A DNA stretch of 63,859 nucleotides, counting the filler, from Octopus bimaculoides (taxonomy: Eukaryota), in assembly GCF_001194135.2 (NCBI RefSeq). It is 10 parts of 9 records of this genome, joined end to end, with 100 filler letters (N's around TTAATTAATTAA, not from the genome) between each part and the next. Parts side by side here need not be neighbours in the genome. Positions count along the whole stretch, not along the records: positions 37,508 to 49,020 come from NC_068994.1; positions 49,121 to 50,332 come from NC_068981.1; positions 50,433 to 57,893 come from NC_069006.1; 7 more parts are not named here. One strand, written 5' to 3'. The notes beneath the pieces were generated by a model that had not been told where the DNA came from, made no database searches, and was given only the letters and a program-made list of their open reading frames with translations. Position numbers and translations under genes: made by a program. Below are positions 39,873-52,472 of this stretch, in pieces. How positions within the stretch are numbered: the first letter of the stretch is position 1; the number at the start of each line of letters is the position of its first letter.

Positions 39873-42200
39873 TCCCCCCTCTCTCTCTCTCAAGAACTGA
39901 CGGTGCATCTTCTTAACCTTCCAGTTGTTTTCCTTCTTCGTTTCTGTCCTTATTTTGTAATTCGTTTTGTTCTGACTGTTTTCTGTATGTAATAGACATG
40001 CCTTTCTTACTTGTACGAACAATATTTCTTTTGCGTTCTTTATAAATGAAGCAATTTTGTTTCCTTCTGTCTGAAAATAATCCTCACAACTTAATCCCCT
40101 CTCTCCTTTCTTTCTCGTGAAATGTTGCCTGTCAATATCACTTTTCGGGCGGAACGCACCGTGTATTGTTAGCAGCTTTCTTGTTTTCTTATCCAAGCAT
40201 TGTAGTTCCCCTGTTCGTCATTGTAGCATTCCTGCTCCATATCTCAAGAGGATAATTACTCATGAATTTATTGCTTGGAACCTATTCCTCCCATTCAGTT
40301 CAGTTTTCAAAATCGATTTCATCCTTGTGAGAATACCTTCTTCATTTGGCTTTCCATCAATTCCCCTACTTCCAATACATCCAGATATTTATGTCCTTCT
40401 TTGTCAATTCTCTCCTCGAGGGCAATTCACACCATCCACTTGTTGGACTTTACCTCGTTTTAGAGTCAATAGTCCACACTCCGTTTTAATATCCAGGCTA
40501 AAGCGATGCACAATGTGACTCAATGAAATAAGTTGGTTTTCATCTTTCCCAAGTCGTCGATAAAAAGGCGACTAATCTTATTTTTTTCTTTCTTTGAACT
40601 CACACCCAGCTTTCGTACTTCTCAAAATCAAAGTCAGCGGAACCATGCAAAATACAAAAAAAAAAAAAAAAAAAAAAAAAAGAATGGTGACAAACTATCT
40701 CGTTGGAAAATTGCGCCTTTGATGTTGACCAAATCTAGGCTTTGCTTCCAGATGTAAATTCAGTGATCCATTCATTCATTCTTCGGTTCAATAGATTCAT
40801 GATATTGTGTGCAATTCAAAATATTTTCAAACAATTCAGAATTCACTATTGAAGAACCATATCATATTCTTTCCAGTAGTCTATCTTTGCCATCCCTAAG
40901 TTGATTTTGCGCTTTTTTGTGATCTTTTGATACTATTTTTTTATATTAATAGTTGATCTTTGATCCCTCTACATTCACATTTACATCCTTTTTGCTCTTC
41001 CAGTAAGATATTATTCTGGTCCATGAACACGTACATTTCAACTGCCAGTATTCTGGTTAACAGTAACCACATGATGGGCAGACATTCCCTTTGGTGCTTC
41101 TTTCTGACAAAATACTGTTCAGTATTGGTCAACCAAACTGGAATTTTTGTGTGGTCTTCAAATAATTCCTTTACTCAATTCCCCCGAGTGTCATTTTGGC
41201 CTGCCGCTTTCTAGTTGCTTATCTTTCTACTTACTAGTCAAATAGTCTCTTTGCTTAACTTAATGTCTTCTTGCGGAGGATTTATATTAGTCTTTCACGT
41301 TTCATAGTCACTCTGCGTTAGTATTGTGTGTTTCCTCTTTCTCCCTTATCTTGTTCCAGAATCTTTGACTTTCATCTGCATTTGGGTGAATGTATCTTTG
41401 TCTGTTTCTCCTTTTATTTCCCGATAAAATCATGTTTAGTAAATTTTGAAGAGTCTGTTTTGTCTGCACTGTTTGATTTTCTGATCATATCGAGTGATAT
41501 TTGCTCTATTGGCTTGTACACGTTGTTTTAGTTTCTCGATTACTATCAGTAACCATTTGAAATCGAGACCATGCTTTTCATCCAACATGTTATATTTGCA
41601 CTGATTCTTCGGTTCTCCCTTTCTTCTTCTGTCTAGTACTGACAGATCACTCTGTATTCTTTTTATGTCTCCAAGGATCCTTCTCTTCCACCATAGTTCA
41701 TTGTTCATTCTTCTTTTCGGTTTACTCCCATTGCTCAGGGGACATCTTACTTCAAATCACATATTTTATACTACTACTATACTTGCTACTTTTATTAGTC
41801 TATTAGTTTCGGTGATATTGTTTGTGTGCATATACTTTAATATATATTGCTTACTTTTCCTGTTCGCTGCATCAGTTTCCATTGGTCCACTTTCTTAAAG
41901 TCACATATCACGTCAAAATTCTCTATCCTTACTAACTCCACCACTCGATCTACAATTCTTTTTCTTCTTCTGTAATAGCTGTATCAGATACTTTTGATAT
42001 ATTGGGCAGATTCATTTGTATTTCTGCTGCTATTTGAGGAACTATATTAGTCTCGGTCAGTTCTTCGTTATGTATCTCTGCATTGTCGTCGTCTTCGTAT
42101 GCTTTTCTCTGAATTATTTCCAGTTCTAAATCTGTTAACCAGTCTTTCTTTCTTATCATTTGCTCGGAACATTCTTCGTTGCTGTCATTCTCGGTTAATC
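39150..42200 (-). mobile_element. near full-length, heavily decayed R4/Dong-type LINE interrupted by (GA)n
   Basis: Colinear motifs: WLTDLELE, WWKRRI..LKQR..RY..QNRLF, IDY, IFQRDSLSP, LFIDDL, KYL, PKSDIDR, RHILGEC..KHDNVARVVHW, ILWDF and RLE. Microsatellite at 39801-39890. Confidence 0.85.
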
Positions 42201-42249
42201 CTTTCTCTATATCCTCTTAATGGTATTCCATTTTCATCCGTAATTTGGC

Positions 42250-42470
42250 TCCAATAGTAGCACTCTATGAAGATCGCGATGATGTTCTCGAGGAAACTCC
42301 AGGTGTCGACGAAGATGAACGAGCTGACGTGTTTCGGGGGTTTCGAGACCGGTACTGCCATGGATAACTTCCAGAAACCCCTGACTTGGCATTGCTACTA
42401 GTTCGAGATAAACTCTACAGACACGGAAGCGCTGTCGAAAAGGACTGTCCACGATGCGCGCAGAACATCT
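42250..42470 (+). mobile_element. L1/Tx1-like ORF2 C-terminal (zf-RVT) fragment
   Basis: MDNFQKPLTWHCY followed by VRDKLYRHGSAVEKDCPRC. Confidence 0.55.
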
Positions 42471-42479
42471 AGGAATAGA

Positions 42480-43930
42480 CGAAACAACTAAAATGTTACA
42501 CTCAGAAATGAAAGAGAAAATTAGGAGAGAATATTCTTTTCTACTCTAGGCACAAAGCCTGAAATTTGGGGGTGGGGAAGGCAGTCGATTAGAACGACCC
42601 CAGTACGCAACAGGTACTTAATTTATCGACTCCGAAACAATGAAAGGCAAAGTCGACCCCGGCGTAATTTGAACTCAGAACGTAAGGATAGACGAAATAC
42701 CGCTAAGCATTTCGTCCGGCGTACTAACGTTTCTGCTAGCTCATCGCCTTAGGAGAGAATATTAAGAAGAGTTTGACTAATCTAATATTAAACAGTTAGA
42801 GAACTACAATAAAATAGCAACAGTTGGACGAGAAAAAGTACTCAGAAATAAAAAGATGGAAGACGACTAGATGTAATAAAGCAACACGAGAAAAAGAAAA
42901 TGCTTTTCTCTAAATACAAGGAGGCAACAAAATACAAAACAGAAACAAACTACACTGATACACTGATCTCAGATGACAACATAGCAGAAACGGTCAAAGA
43001 GACAAAAAAACATGAAAACAGAACTACAAAACATGCTAAAGAAGAAATGGAGATAAAAATCACTCTATGGCCAATACTCTGCAAGTCTGACAGAGAAGTG
43101 AGCCTAAGTAAAAGACAACAATAGCTCAAAAGCTCAGTACTAACAAATGAAATAGAAGGACTGATTCTCGCTGCACAAGACCAGTGCCTGACCACAAACA
43201 ACAAGAGCAAAATAACGAAAACAGGCCCTAGCACCAAATGCACAATGTGCAACTAGCACAATGAGGCAGTTGACTACATCATCTCTGGCTGTCCAGTCCA
43301 TTCCAAATATAAATAAATTATACAGACATGGCCGAGTAAGTAGTTATACCCAGTGGACAATATGCCAATACTACAACATAAAAGCTAGTACTTAATTTAT
43401 TGACTCCGAAACAATGAAAGGCAAAGTCAACTCCGGCGGAATTTGAACTCAGAACGTAAGGATAGACGAAATACCGCTAAGCATTTCGTCCGGCGTACTA
43501 ACGTTTCTGCCATCTCATCGCTGGTATTAGCATGTGCCAAACAAGGTACATGACAACGACTAGGCTACAATCATCTGGGATATGCCTGTTCAAACTGACA
43601 AAGAAATAGAAGCTAATCACCCAGACTTAATAATCAAATATTGGAAACAAAAAACTCCGGCATACTGATAGACATTGCAGTCCCTTTTGACCAAAATATT
43701 GCCCAAAAAGAAGTACAAAGACCTCGAAATTCAGGTATTCAAGATGTGAGGCATAAAGGTGAAAACAATACCAGTAATAATTGGAGCATTGGGCATGATA
43801 AAAAAGATATGAACACAAATGAAGAAGCTATACCTGGACCCTCAACACTATACACTATGCAAAAAATAGCCCTGCTAAGAACAGCCACATCCTACGCAAG
43901 ACACTATCAATTCAATAATACAATCCACAA
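42480..43930 (+). mobile_element. R4/Dong-type LINE fragment carrying two SINE C insertions
   Basis: EIEGLILAAQDQCLTT, IISGCP, IWDMPVQTDKEIEANHPD, ILIDIAVP and MQKIALLRTA. Confidence 0.8.
42536..42750 (-). mobile_element. tRNA-type SINE family C with TSD
   Basis: B-box GAGTTCAAAT; TTAGGAGAGAATATT at 42521-42535 and 42749-42763. Confidence 0.88.
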
Positions 43931-44379
43931 AACAAGACACACTCTATATAGCAAATATCCAATAAAATAAAACAACCACCGACAGACCGACTACCCAACA
44001 GAAGAACACAACTTGCATTACACACACAACACACAATACAAACATTAATGCAACAAAAGACTGAAACCAGATTCCATAATAAAACAAACTAATTCAATAC
44101 AATACCGAGAAGAGTTTGTACTCCCACAAAAGAATACATACACATACACACCAACAACATGGAGGTGTAGAAACTTTCTATTGCAAATCCCACTAATGTA
44201 AGATGTTTCTGTTGTATGTTTTAATTGTTTTGATAGTTATATATATTTAGGAAGAAGTGCTTATTACAAATATTGCAGCTTTATAGTTTTTCTCTTGAAT
44301 GTAAGTGTTGATGTTTAATTAAGTTATTTCTAATATAAAAAGATTTACCTCTTTTCCCAGTGGAAAGGATTATTTTCAT

Positions 44380-45720
44380 CAGTATACATATGGTTTCTCA
44401 CCTCTATGAGCTCATTTATATCCAAAGAAACAGAAGCTTTCAGAGAAAGATTTAAGACAGATTTCACATTTGTATGATTTCTCTCTAGTGTGTATCTGAT
44501 GATGTTTTGCCAATGTAGTATGTTGAGAGAAAGACTTTCTACAAATAACACAAGTTAAGGTCTTTCTCTCATATGTAGACGGACATATTCCACTAAGTTT
44601 GGTTCTAGAGAGAAATAAATTCTGAACAGTTTACAATATGGTTTCTCACCTGTATGTATTCGTCTGTGATGAAGTAAATTCCTGCTTTGAGTAAAAGATT
44701 AATAACAAAATTCATAACTGTAAGGTTTCTCATATGTATGTAAACGAATGTGTTTTGATAGTGTTCCCTTTGAAGAAAAAGATCTTCTGCTATGTGAACA
44801 CTTATATGATTTCTCTCCTGTATGTATCCATTTATGTTTAGTCAAATTACTATTAATAAGAAAAATTTCCCACAAAATTTACAAATATAAGGTTTTACAC
44901 CATATATGGTTTTACACCATATATGGTTTTACACCTATATGTATCTGTTTATCCCTTAACAAGCAAAATTTTTTGAAAAGTAATTTACCACAAACTTCAC
45001 AAGAATAGACCCTTCCATCAGCGTGATCTTCCTATTTTCTTGTAAATAAGAACTGTCAGAAAAAGATTTATTAAAAATTTCATACAAAAGCAGATCTTAT
45101 TCTCTTCTTTGTGCAACAATACATGCTTTGATAGACTAGTCTCTTGAGGAAAAACCTCGGCAACAAATTTGACTAGAAAATGAAGTTTTACCATCATGTA
45201 TCTGAATATGTCTAAATAAGGTTCTAGCTACCAAAAACAATTTCCCACAAGACGTACTGAGAAAGTTTACTTTTCTTGCATGATTTTATGCGCCAATAAA
45301 ATATTTGGAGCCAAAATATATACCACAAATTTTACAAAGTTGTGCATTCTCACCTGGCTGCCTTTCAATAGGTTAAAAAAGAAAACCTATTTTGTTTTGA
45401 CATTGAAATTCTACATTTTTATTTCTTAAATTTTTGGGAGACCAAAATAGATCTTATGGGAAACTCTCTGCATGAATTATTGCTTTGGGAACATGCAACA
45501 TCCTTTACTTCCTGTTGTTGTGATGTTTCCCATTTGTGTATCTCTGCTTATGGAAAATATATTCTAAAAGGAAAGCTTTTACTGCATATTTTACACAAAT
45601 CTAGCTTCAGCTGTTTGTGTATCCTTCCATGTTGCAAAAGGTTAAATCTTAAAACAAAACTTCCACACATTTTACAGTAAAATTATTTTGTTGAGAATGT
45701 AACTTTTTATTTTTATTTTA
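44380..45720 (-). pseudogene. decayed C2H2 zinc-finger tandem array
   Basis: Repeated fingers and linkers: SCEVCGK, HIGVKPY, CKFCGK..NLTKHKWIHTGEKSY, KHIRLHTYEKPY, HRRIHTGEKPY, HQIHTREKSYKCEIC. Many stops and frameshifts. Confidence 0.88.
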
Positions 45721-47129
45721 GAATCTCTTGTGGAGTAATCTTCCTAGAATTTTTATCATGAATCAGTTTTAGTGCCGCTGAAGTGTATGGCCTGATGTGA
45801 ATAGTTTGGCTTAAGTAGAAATGTTTTCCTAAATTTTTTCATTTCATGAAATCTTTTTTGCATTAACTGACTTTTCCATAGGATTCAATAAACCTGTCAG
45901 GTTTTAAAATTATATTAAAATAGAGTAAAATGTCATTGTGAATAAAGTAACAAAAACTGACCAATAGGTGACCAGAACATTACCAAACAAATGGTAAATT
46001 GTNNNNNNNNNNNNNNNNNNNNNNNNNNNNNNNNNNNNNNNNNNNNNNNNNNNNNNNNNNNNNNNNNNNNNNNNNNNNNNNNNNNNNNNNNNNNNNNNNN
46101 NNNNNNNNNNNNNNNNNNNNNNNNNNNNNNNNNNNNNNNNNNNNNNNNNNNNNNNNNNNNNNNNNNNNNNNNNNNNNNNNNNNNNNNNNNNNNNNNNNNN
46201 NNNNNNNNNNNNNNNNNNNNNNNNNNNNNNNNNNNNNNNNNNNNNNNNNNNNNNNNNNNNNNNNNNNNNNNNNNNNNNNNNNNNNNNNNNNNNNNNNNNN
46301 NNNNNNNNNNNNNNNNNNNNNNNNNNNNNNNNNNNNNNNNNNNNNNNNNNNNNNNNNNNNNNNNNNNNNNNNNNNNNNNNNNNNNNNNNNNNNNNNNNNN
46401 NNNNNNNNNNNNNNNNNNNNNNNNNNNNNNNNNNNNNNNNNNNNNNNNNNNNNNNNNNNNNNNNNNNNNNNNNNNNNNNNNNNNNNNNNNNNNNNNNNNN
46501 NNNNNNNNNNNNNNNNNNNNNNNNNNNNNNNNNNNNNNNNNNNNNNNNNNNNNNNNNNNNNNNNNNNNNNNNNNNNNNNNNNNNNNNNNNNNNNNNNNNN
46601 NNNNNNNNNNNNNNNNNNNNNNNNNNNNNNNNNNNNNNNNNNNNNNNNNNNNNNNNNNNNNNNNNNNNNNNNNNNNNNNNNNNNNNNNNNNNNNNNNNNN
46701 NNNNNNNNNNNNNNNNNNNNNNNNNNNNNNNNNNNGTAAGTAAAAAATTATTGATATCTGTTATATCCTAACACCTCCAACATCATAGTACAGGTGATAC
46801 TGTCGACAATAGATAAAGAATACACTGTAACAGGGTTATAACAATATAAAATAGAAACAGCGACAGTAACAAACACGCAATGAACCAACAACAATCAATA
46901 TTTCCAACACATTAACTCGAACTGTAAACTGTACCTAGACTTCGAAAACCAAACTACAAACTTCCAACTATGTCAGACTGCTACTATTTATATGTAGTGG
47001 TCCTGTCTATTCTCACCGGAGGGTGCTGTACTCTCGCCACATAAATATCAATAGTAAAAATACGACAGAATTTCTTTTAATTGGAAATGGGTACAAGATG
47101 TTCAAAGTGATATTATATATAAATATCTG

Positions 47130-48786
47130 AACTGAATTAACCATTTCAACTTCGCCTATGTGATTTGGGGAAACCTTTCTCTGGTATTTCTCTTCCCTAG
47201 TGTCTTTACAAACTGTTTCAGCAGTCCAAGCTTTATGTGCAAAGGAGGTAATAGGACATTACATGGATCTACAAGAGGTGTATTCTTGATGCCAGACAGT
47301 CCTGGCTGGTATGATGTTCTTGTCTGCCAGTTTGATTCCAAACAATGTCTGTCAGTAGCCCGACTATCCCATAGACACAAGAAACAACAGTATTTTGTGA
47401 AACCTGGCTGCATTCTTATTAACATTCTAATAACTTTTAAAACTCCACATATTTTCCATGAGTGGCTTTCCTAGGCAATGGCATGAAGTAAACGTTCCAT
47501 ATTCTTATATGATCCATGAAGATGAACAGAGTGTGCAATAGGAATGGAAGGCTTCAAATTACCATTATGGAGAAGTACAGCTGTTATACTTCGATTTGAA
47601 GAGTCAATAAATAATGCCACTTTGCAGGATCATGATTTTGTGATAAACATTCGAAAAGTCCATCAATGTTACTGCAAAAGCAAAGCGGGCCTTCAACAGG
47701 AAAACACGATTGTAGAACCACATTTCTCTGCCAAAAATAAGTTATACGAACACCATGCTCTAGCTGATACTGCTCCTTGAGTCTTGATGCCAACAGTTCT
47801 GCTTTATCTTTTAAGAAGGATAGGTCTCTGACAAGGTCATTCAGTTCAGTTTGGGAAAATTTCTGAGGGTCAAAGCTATTGTCATCAGCTATGTAATCTT
47901 CCTCAGCAGCACTATCGTGACAGTCAGCATCATCATCTGATGTTTCAATACCATCATCTGGTGGAACTGGAATTGGCAGACTTCTATTGTGAGGCACGGG
48001 TCTCATTGCGGAATTCAAATTGGGATACACAATTTTGTGTTTATTTTCATAGAAAATCCTGTGACATTTACTTAGCAAGAATAACAGTCATTAAGATGGT
48101 CTTTCGGCTCCCTCCATATCATTGGAATGGCAAAAAGCATGGACTTCTTATTATTGAACCAGTTGCAAAAGCCATTTGAGCAAGCTAAGAAGACTTGTCC
48201 TGATCTCCAAATAAGAAGACCTGTCCTGATCTCCAGTTTGTCCTGATCTCCAAGAGGACAGTCAAAGTATAGCTTATAAATCTTCTTGATCTCTGGAGTT
48301 ATTGTACGTTTCTGAGCTTTCACAATAAATTGTCCACAAACATAACAAAAGACATCATCTTGACATTGTTAACTCTGTAAAACAAGTAAGGAAATAGATA
48401 CAAACGGTTATACTTATGTTGAATTTGAGATGATGAAATATTTCATCAGACCAATTATGACTGGACAATTTGAGATGCTGAAATACCTATTTCATCTGAC
48501 AAAACTTGACTGGTTAATTTAAGATGATGAAAGATTGCATCTGAACTATGCAGCAATGAATAATGTAGTTTATTTTAAAAGTATGTTTCCATGATGTAAA
48601 TGAAATATATGCATACACATCATTAATTGGAATTTCTATATAATGCATGAGCTAAAGCCAAAAACTTTCTCATCTTGAAAACTGTATGTGATGTCGAAAA
48701 ACTAATTGTATATTTGAAATCAGCATTAAAAACTACACTAAGTACAGCTTGACATATGCTTGATGAAAAATACCTGTTGACCAATG
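47130..48786 (-). mobile_element. Chapaev3-like (CMC superfamily) DNA transposon, 3'-truncated
   Basis: FCYVCG..LGDQDK, PMIWREPKDH..DCY, IVYPNLNSAMRPVPH, FSQTELNDLVRDL, CCFLCLWDSRA and LPPLHIKLGLLKQFVK; terminus CATTGGTCAACA at 48786. Family name assigned from motif memory. Confidence 0.75.
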
Positions 48787-49120
48787 ATATGCTTTATTGC
48801 ATATAACTGCAATTGTTTCAATACATCACTACCAGCTGTTTTTCGTTGTTTTCTTCGTTGTTCGAAAAAAGTTCGTTTTCTGTTTCGTTTTTATGTTTTC
48901 GTTTCTCATTGTGTTTAACGTTTTTTTAATGTCTTGTACCCATATATGCATGTATGTATACATATAGATGTAGGTATGTACATATATGTATGGATATGTG
49001 CATATATTTATATATTATTTNNNNNNNNNNNNNNNNNNNNNNNNNNNNNNNNNNNNNNNNNNNNTTAATTAATTAANNNNNNNNNNNNNNNNNNNNNNNN
49101 NNNNNNNNNNNNNNNNNNNN

Positions 49121-50331
49121 TTCTTGACCTGATGTCATTTAGGAAGCTTCCTTGCTTCCAGCTAGACATCAGGCCACGAACATTTATACAACCAATGTGA
49201 ATAGACATGACTTACCTGTTAATCGGGGCTGTCCGGTGAAGAGGGACCCTCCACCTTTTCTTGATACAGAGTCGGAGATGGCAGGTTTGGGAAATAGATT
49301 TGTTAAAAGCCCGTCTCATTACCGACATAGAATTATCAGGTGGAAGTGGGGTCTCCACCTTTTCCTTTTCTCGCGGGATCGGGGTTGGTAATCCATGAAA
49401 TATAGTATTATTAAAGTCCAATCTCATTGATGATACTGTCTTACGGTATTTTGTAAAATTCTATGAGTCTTATTTGAGACTTTATACACGCCATAATTGT
49501 TAAATTTCTCCGAAAGGTTATCTATTTTTTTTTTTGCAGTCTTAATCAATTGGGTGTCTCTCATTAGCTCAGTATCTTTAGTGTATACGGCTATTATGCT
49601 TTTCCTCTTTTTATCTTCTGGCAGTCTTTTTTGGTCGTTGGTATGTAGTAGTCGCCGCTCTCGGTTGAGTTGCTGATTGTATTATTCTTTTGTTTGTTGT
49701 TTTCTTCTCATCTTTTTATTATTTTCTTCTTCTTCCTCTTTTTCTTCTTTTTCCTCCTCTTCCTCTTCCTCATTTTCCTTGCAGTTCCTTCGAATGTGGC
49801 CTAATTGGCCNNNNNNNNNNCCATCTCCTATTCTACGTCCCTTCTTAGCTAAACTTATGCTAAACCTAATGGACTCATATTTGATGGCTCTTTTTACGGC
49901 GTGCCACCATTTGTTATTAATGATAGTACCTGTTAATGCCCTCCGTATTAACATCTAGATCCGCTTTCTGTACTCCTCAATCGCCAAAAGGGACATATTG
50001 AGTTTCCAGTAGCCAGATCCCTGACTTATCTACCGTCAGTTTACAGGTAACCATCTTGTGGTCACTGTAGCTGACTAGAAAAAACTGTGGACACTTAGTT
50101 ATGGACTTATCTGTTTCTCTAATTAAAATCCTATCTAGATATGTTCTGAAAGACCCGCTACTGTTTGACCACGTCCACTGTGGAGTGTTCGGGTGTTCCA
50201 ACCTATATGGATCTGCTAGCTGAAAGTGACTTAGCAGATCCCGTAAGCCTGGGTTACATTTTCTGTTCATCTTCGAGCCAACACAATCTGTGTGTGCCTC
50301 ACATATTGTGTTAAAGTCTCCTAACAATACT
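49121..50331 (-). mobile_element. L1/Tx1-like non-LTR element fragments (ORF1 knuckle end, APE endonuclease)
   Basis: GQLGHIRRNC; ORF2 start MSIHIGCINVRGL at 49208; GDFN, YLDRIL, SDH and YWKLN. Confidence 0.88.
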
Positions 50332-50534
50332 ANNNNNNNNNNNNNNNNNNNNNNNNNNNNNNNNNNNNNNNNNNNNTTAATTAATTAANNNNNNNNNNNN
50401 NNNNNNNNNNNNNNNNNNNNNNNNNNNNNNNNAAAACTGATGCTTCTAATGTTCAGCTTTTCTCTCAAGATACTTACACTCTGACGGGTATTCACATTGA
50501 CATTACACATCCAACGGAGCATACACATATATAT

Positions 50535-50722
50535 ATATATATATATATACATATATACGACGGGCCTCTTCCAGTTTCCGTCTACCAAATCCACTCACAA
50601 GGCTTTGGTCAGCCCGAGGCTATAGTAGAAGACACTTGCCCAAGGTGCCACGCAGTGGGACTGAACCCGGAACCAATGTGGTTGGTAAGCAAGCTACTTA
50701 CCACACAGCCACTCCTGCGCCT
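50535..50722 (-). mobile_element. SINE family A head, young copy
   Basis: Close to 9781-9946. Confidence 0.88.
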
Positions 50723-51394
50723 AAAGAAATATGGAACGCTTTAACTTTTAAAATTTGCTGTGTCTGTCATTCTGTGTGTGTGTGTGTGTGTGTGTTAGTC
50801 TATGTTGGTCTTCATTAGGTCCAGGTGTATATCTTTGCGGGGTGAGTCAATGTATTTGTCTCTGAGTCAAATCTCTGAATCCGTTTGTCTATATTTGTCT
50901 ATATGATGATGATGATGATGATGAATGTGAGGGGAAGGAGGAGGAGGATGAAGATGATGGCAGCAATGGTGAGGATAATGATGATAATTGTCGATGATGA
51001 CAACGATGACGACGACGACGATGACGATGACAATGTTTAAACGCATGAATGTGTTGTGTGTCTGTCTTTGTATCTGTGGTTCTCTGTGTCTCTGCATCTA
51101 TGTGCACATCTGTGTGTGTGTGTGTGTTTGTGTACGCATGTTGATTTATATGTGTGTGTGTGTGTGTGTGTGTATATGATCCCATGGTTGTGTCTGTGGG
51201 TTTAAAGTGTGTATTCGTTTAAATATCATCTTGACTTTAAACTTCTGAAATTCAAATACTTCTAAAAAATTATTTGTTTTGCTGTGAGTGGAAGGGGGTG
51301 GGGTGCTGGGGTGGATGGTGGCAGGGGTGGTGTTGGCAGGGGTGAATTTGTTTGTTTGTTTATTTTTTTCTGTTTATTTTTTGACTTCGTTGAT

Positions 51395-51905
51395 TTCAGT
51401 CTGTTATCATCATCATCGTTATCCTCCTCTTCCTCCTCCTCAAAATCCTTATCGTAATCATCATCATTGTTATCAACATCATCATCATTGTGATTGTCAT
51501 TATCTTCCTCATCCTCAACCTCATCATCATTGTTGTCGTTGTCACCATCATGGTCTTCCTCCACCTCCTCCTCTTCCACCTCCTCCCCTTCCACCTCCTC
51601 CCCTTCCACCTCCTCCTCTTCCACCACCTCCTCTTCCACCTCCTCCTCCTCCTCTTCATCATCATCATCATCACCTCCACTACCATCACAATCATTGTCG
51701 TCGTTATTGTCCTCCTCCTCTTCTTCACCACCATCTCCTCCTCCTCCACCACCACCATTATCATCAAGGTTGTCATCACCCTCCTCCTCATCGCTACCAC
51801 TTCCACTACCATCACCATCATTATCATCATCATCATCATCATCATGGTCATCATTGTTGTCCCCCTTCTCATCATCACCACCACCACCACCACCACCACC
51901 ATCAT
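51395..51905. repeat. compound (CAT/CCT/CAC)n low-complexity tract
   Basis: Directly visible; source of the poly-H/P/S/I ORFs. Confidence 0.95.
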
Positions 51906-52004
51906 TCTCTCTTCAGTTCCATCTGTTGATTGTTTCATTTCAATTGACATATTCTGAAATCCTCCTCCACTGCACAAAAGTTCATTGTTCAATGACCTTT
52001 TAAT

Positions 52005-52270
52005 CTAACCATCCAAACCAGCCAACCAGACAAACCAACCAGCCAACCAGCCAGCCAGCGAGCCAGTCAGCCGACCAGTCAACCAGCCACTTCTTCAGCT
52101 ATTCCATTGGACCATGTAGCAAGTCAGCCACCCAACCAGCTGGCTAACCAACAAACTGGCCAACCAACCAGACAACTATCCATCCAAAACTTCAGCCATC
52201 CATCAAACCAGTTTTCAATCCATTAATCTGATCCATCCAGCCAGCCATCCCCAGATACCCTCAGATACCC
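52005..52270. repeat. degenerate (CCAG/CCAA/CCAT)n tetranucleotide tract
   Basis: Directly visible. Confidence 0.8.
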
Positions 52271-52472
52271 ATCCACCTATTCATCTATTTCGCTATGTTC
52301 TCTAACAGATCAATCATCTCGCTCTTATAGCTGTTCATAAATACGCTAAGGCTTTCTCTACTACTACTACTACTACTACTGCTACTACACATATATATGT
52401 ATATGTTGGTATTATATATTCTTTTATTCTTTTACTTGTTTCAGTCATTTGACTGTGGCCATGCTGGAGTAC

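Noticed and set aside
42320-42350. GAAACACGTC (minus) resembling hammerhead stem III
   Set aside because: No upstream CUGANGA; lies within a Tx1-like ORF fragment.
46826-47041. Possible solo LTR (TG...CA, TATA-like core) on the minus strand
   Set aside because: No matching TSD, PBS/PPT or internal domains found.
50435-50524. ~90-bp identity to 31355-31444
   Set aside because: Two young RTE copies; truncation points differ by ~10 bp, so no special element is implied.
51262-52003. Pro/His-rich, Ser-rich and acidic ORFs in all six frames
   Set aside because: Translation of trinucleotide low-complexity DNA; no splice or domain evidence.
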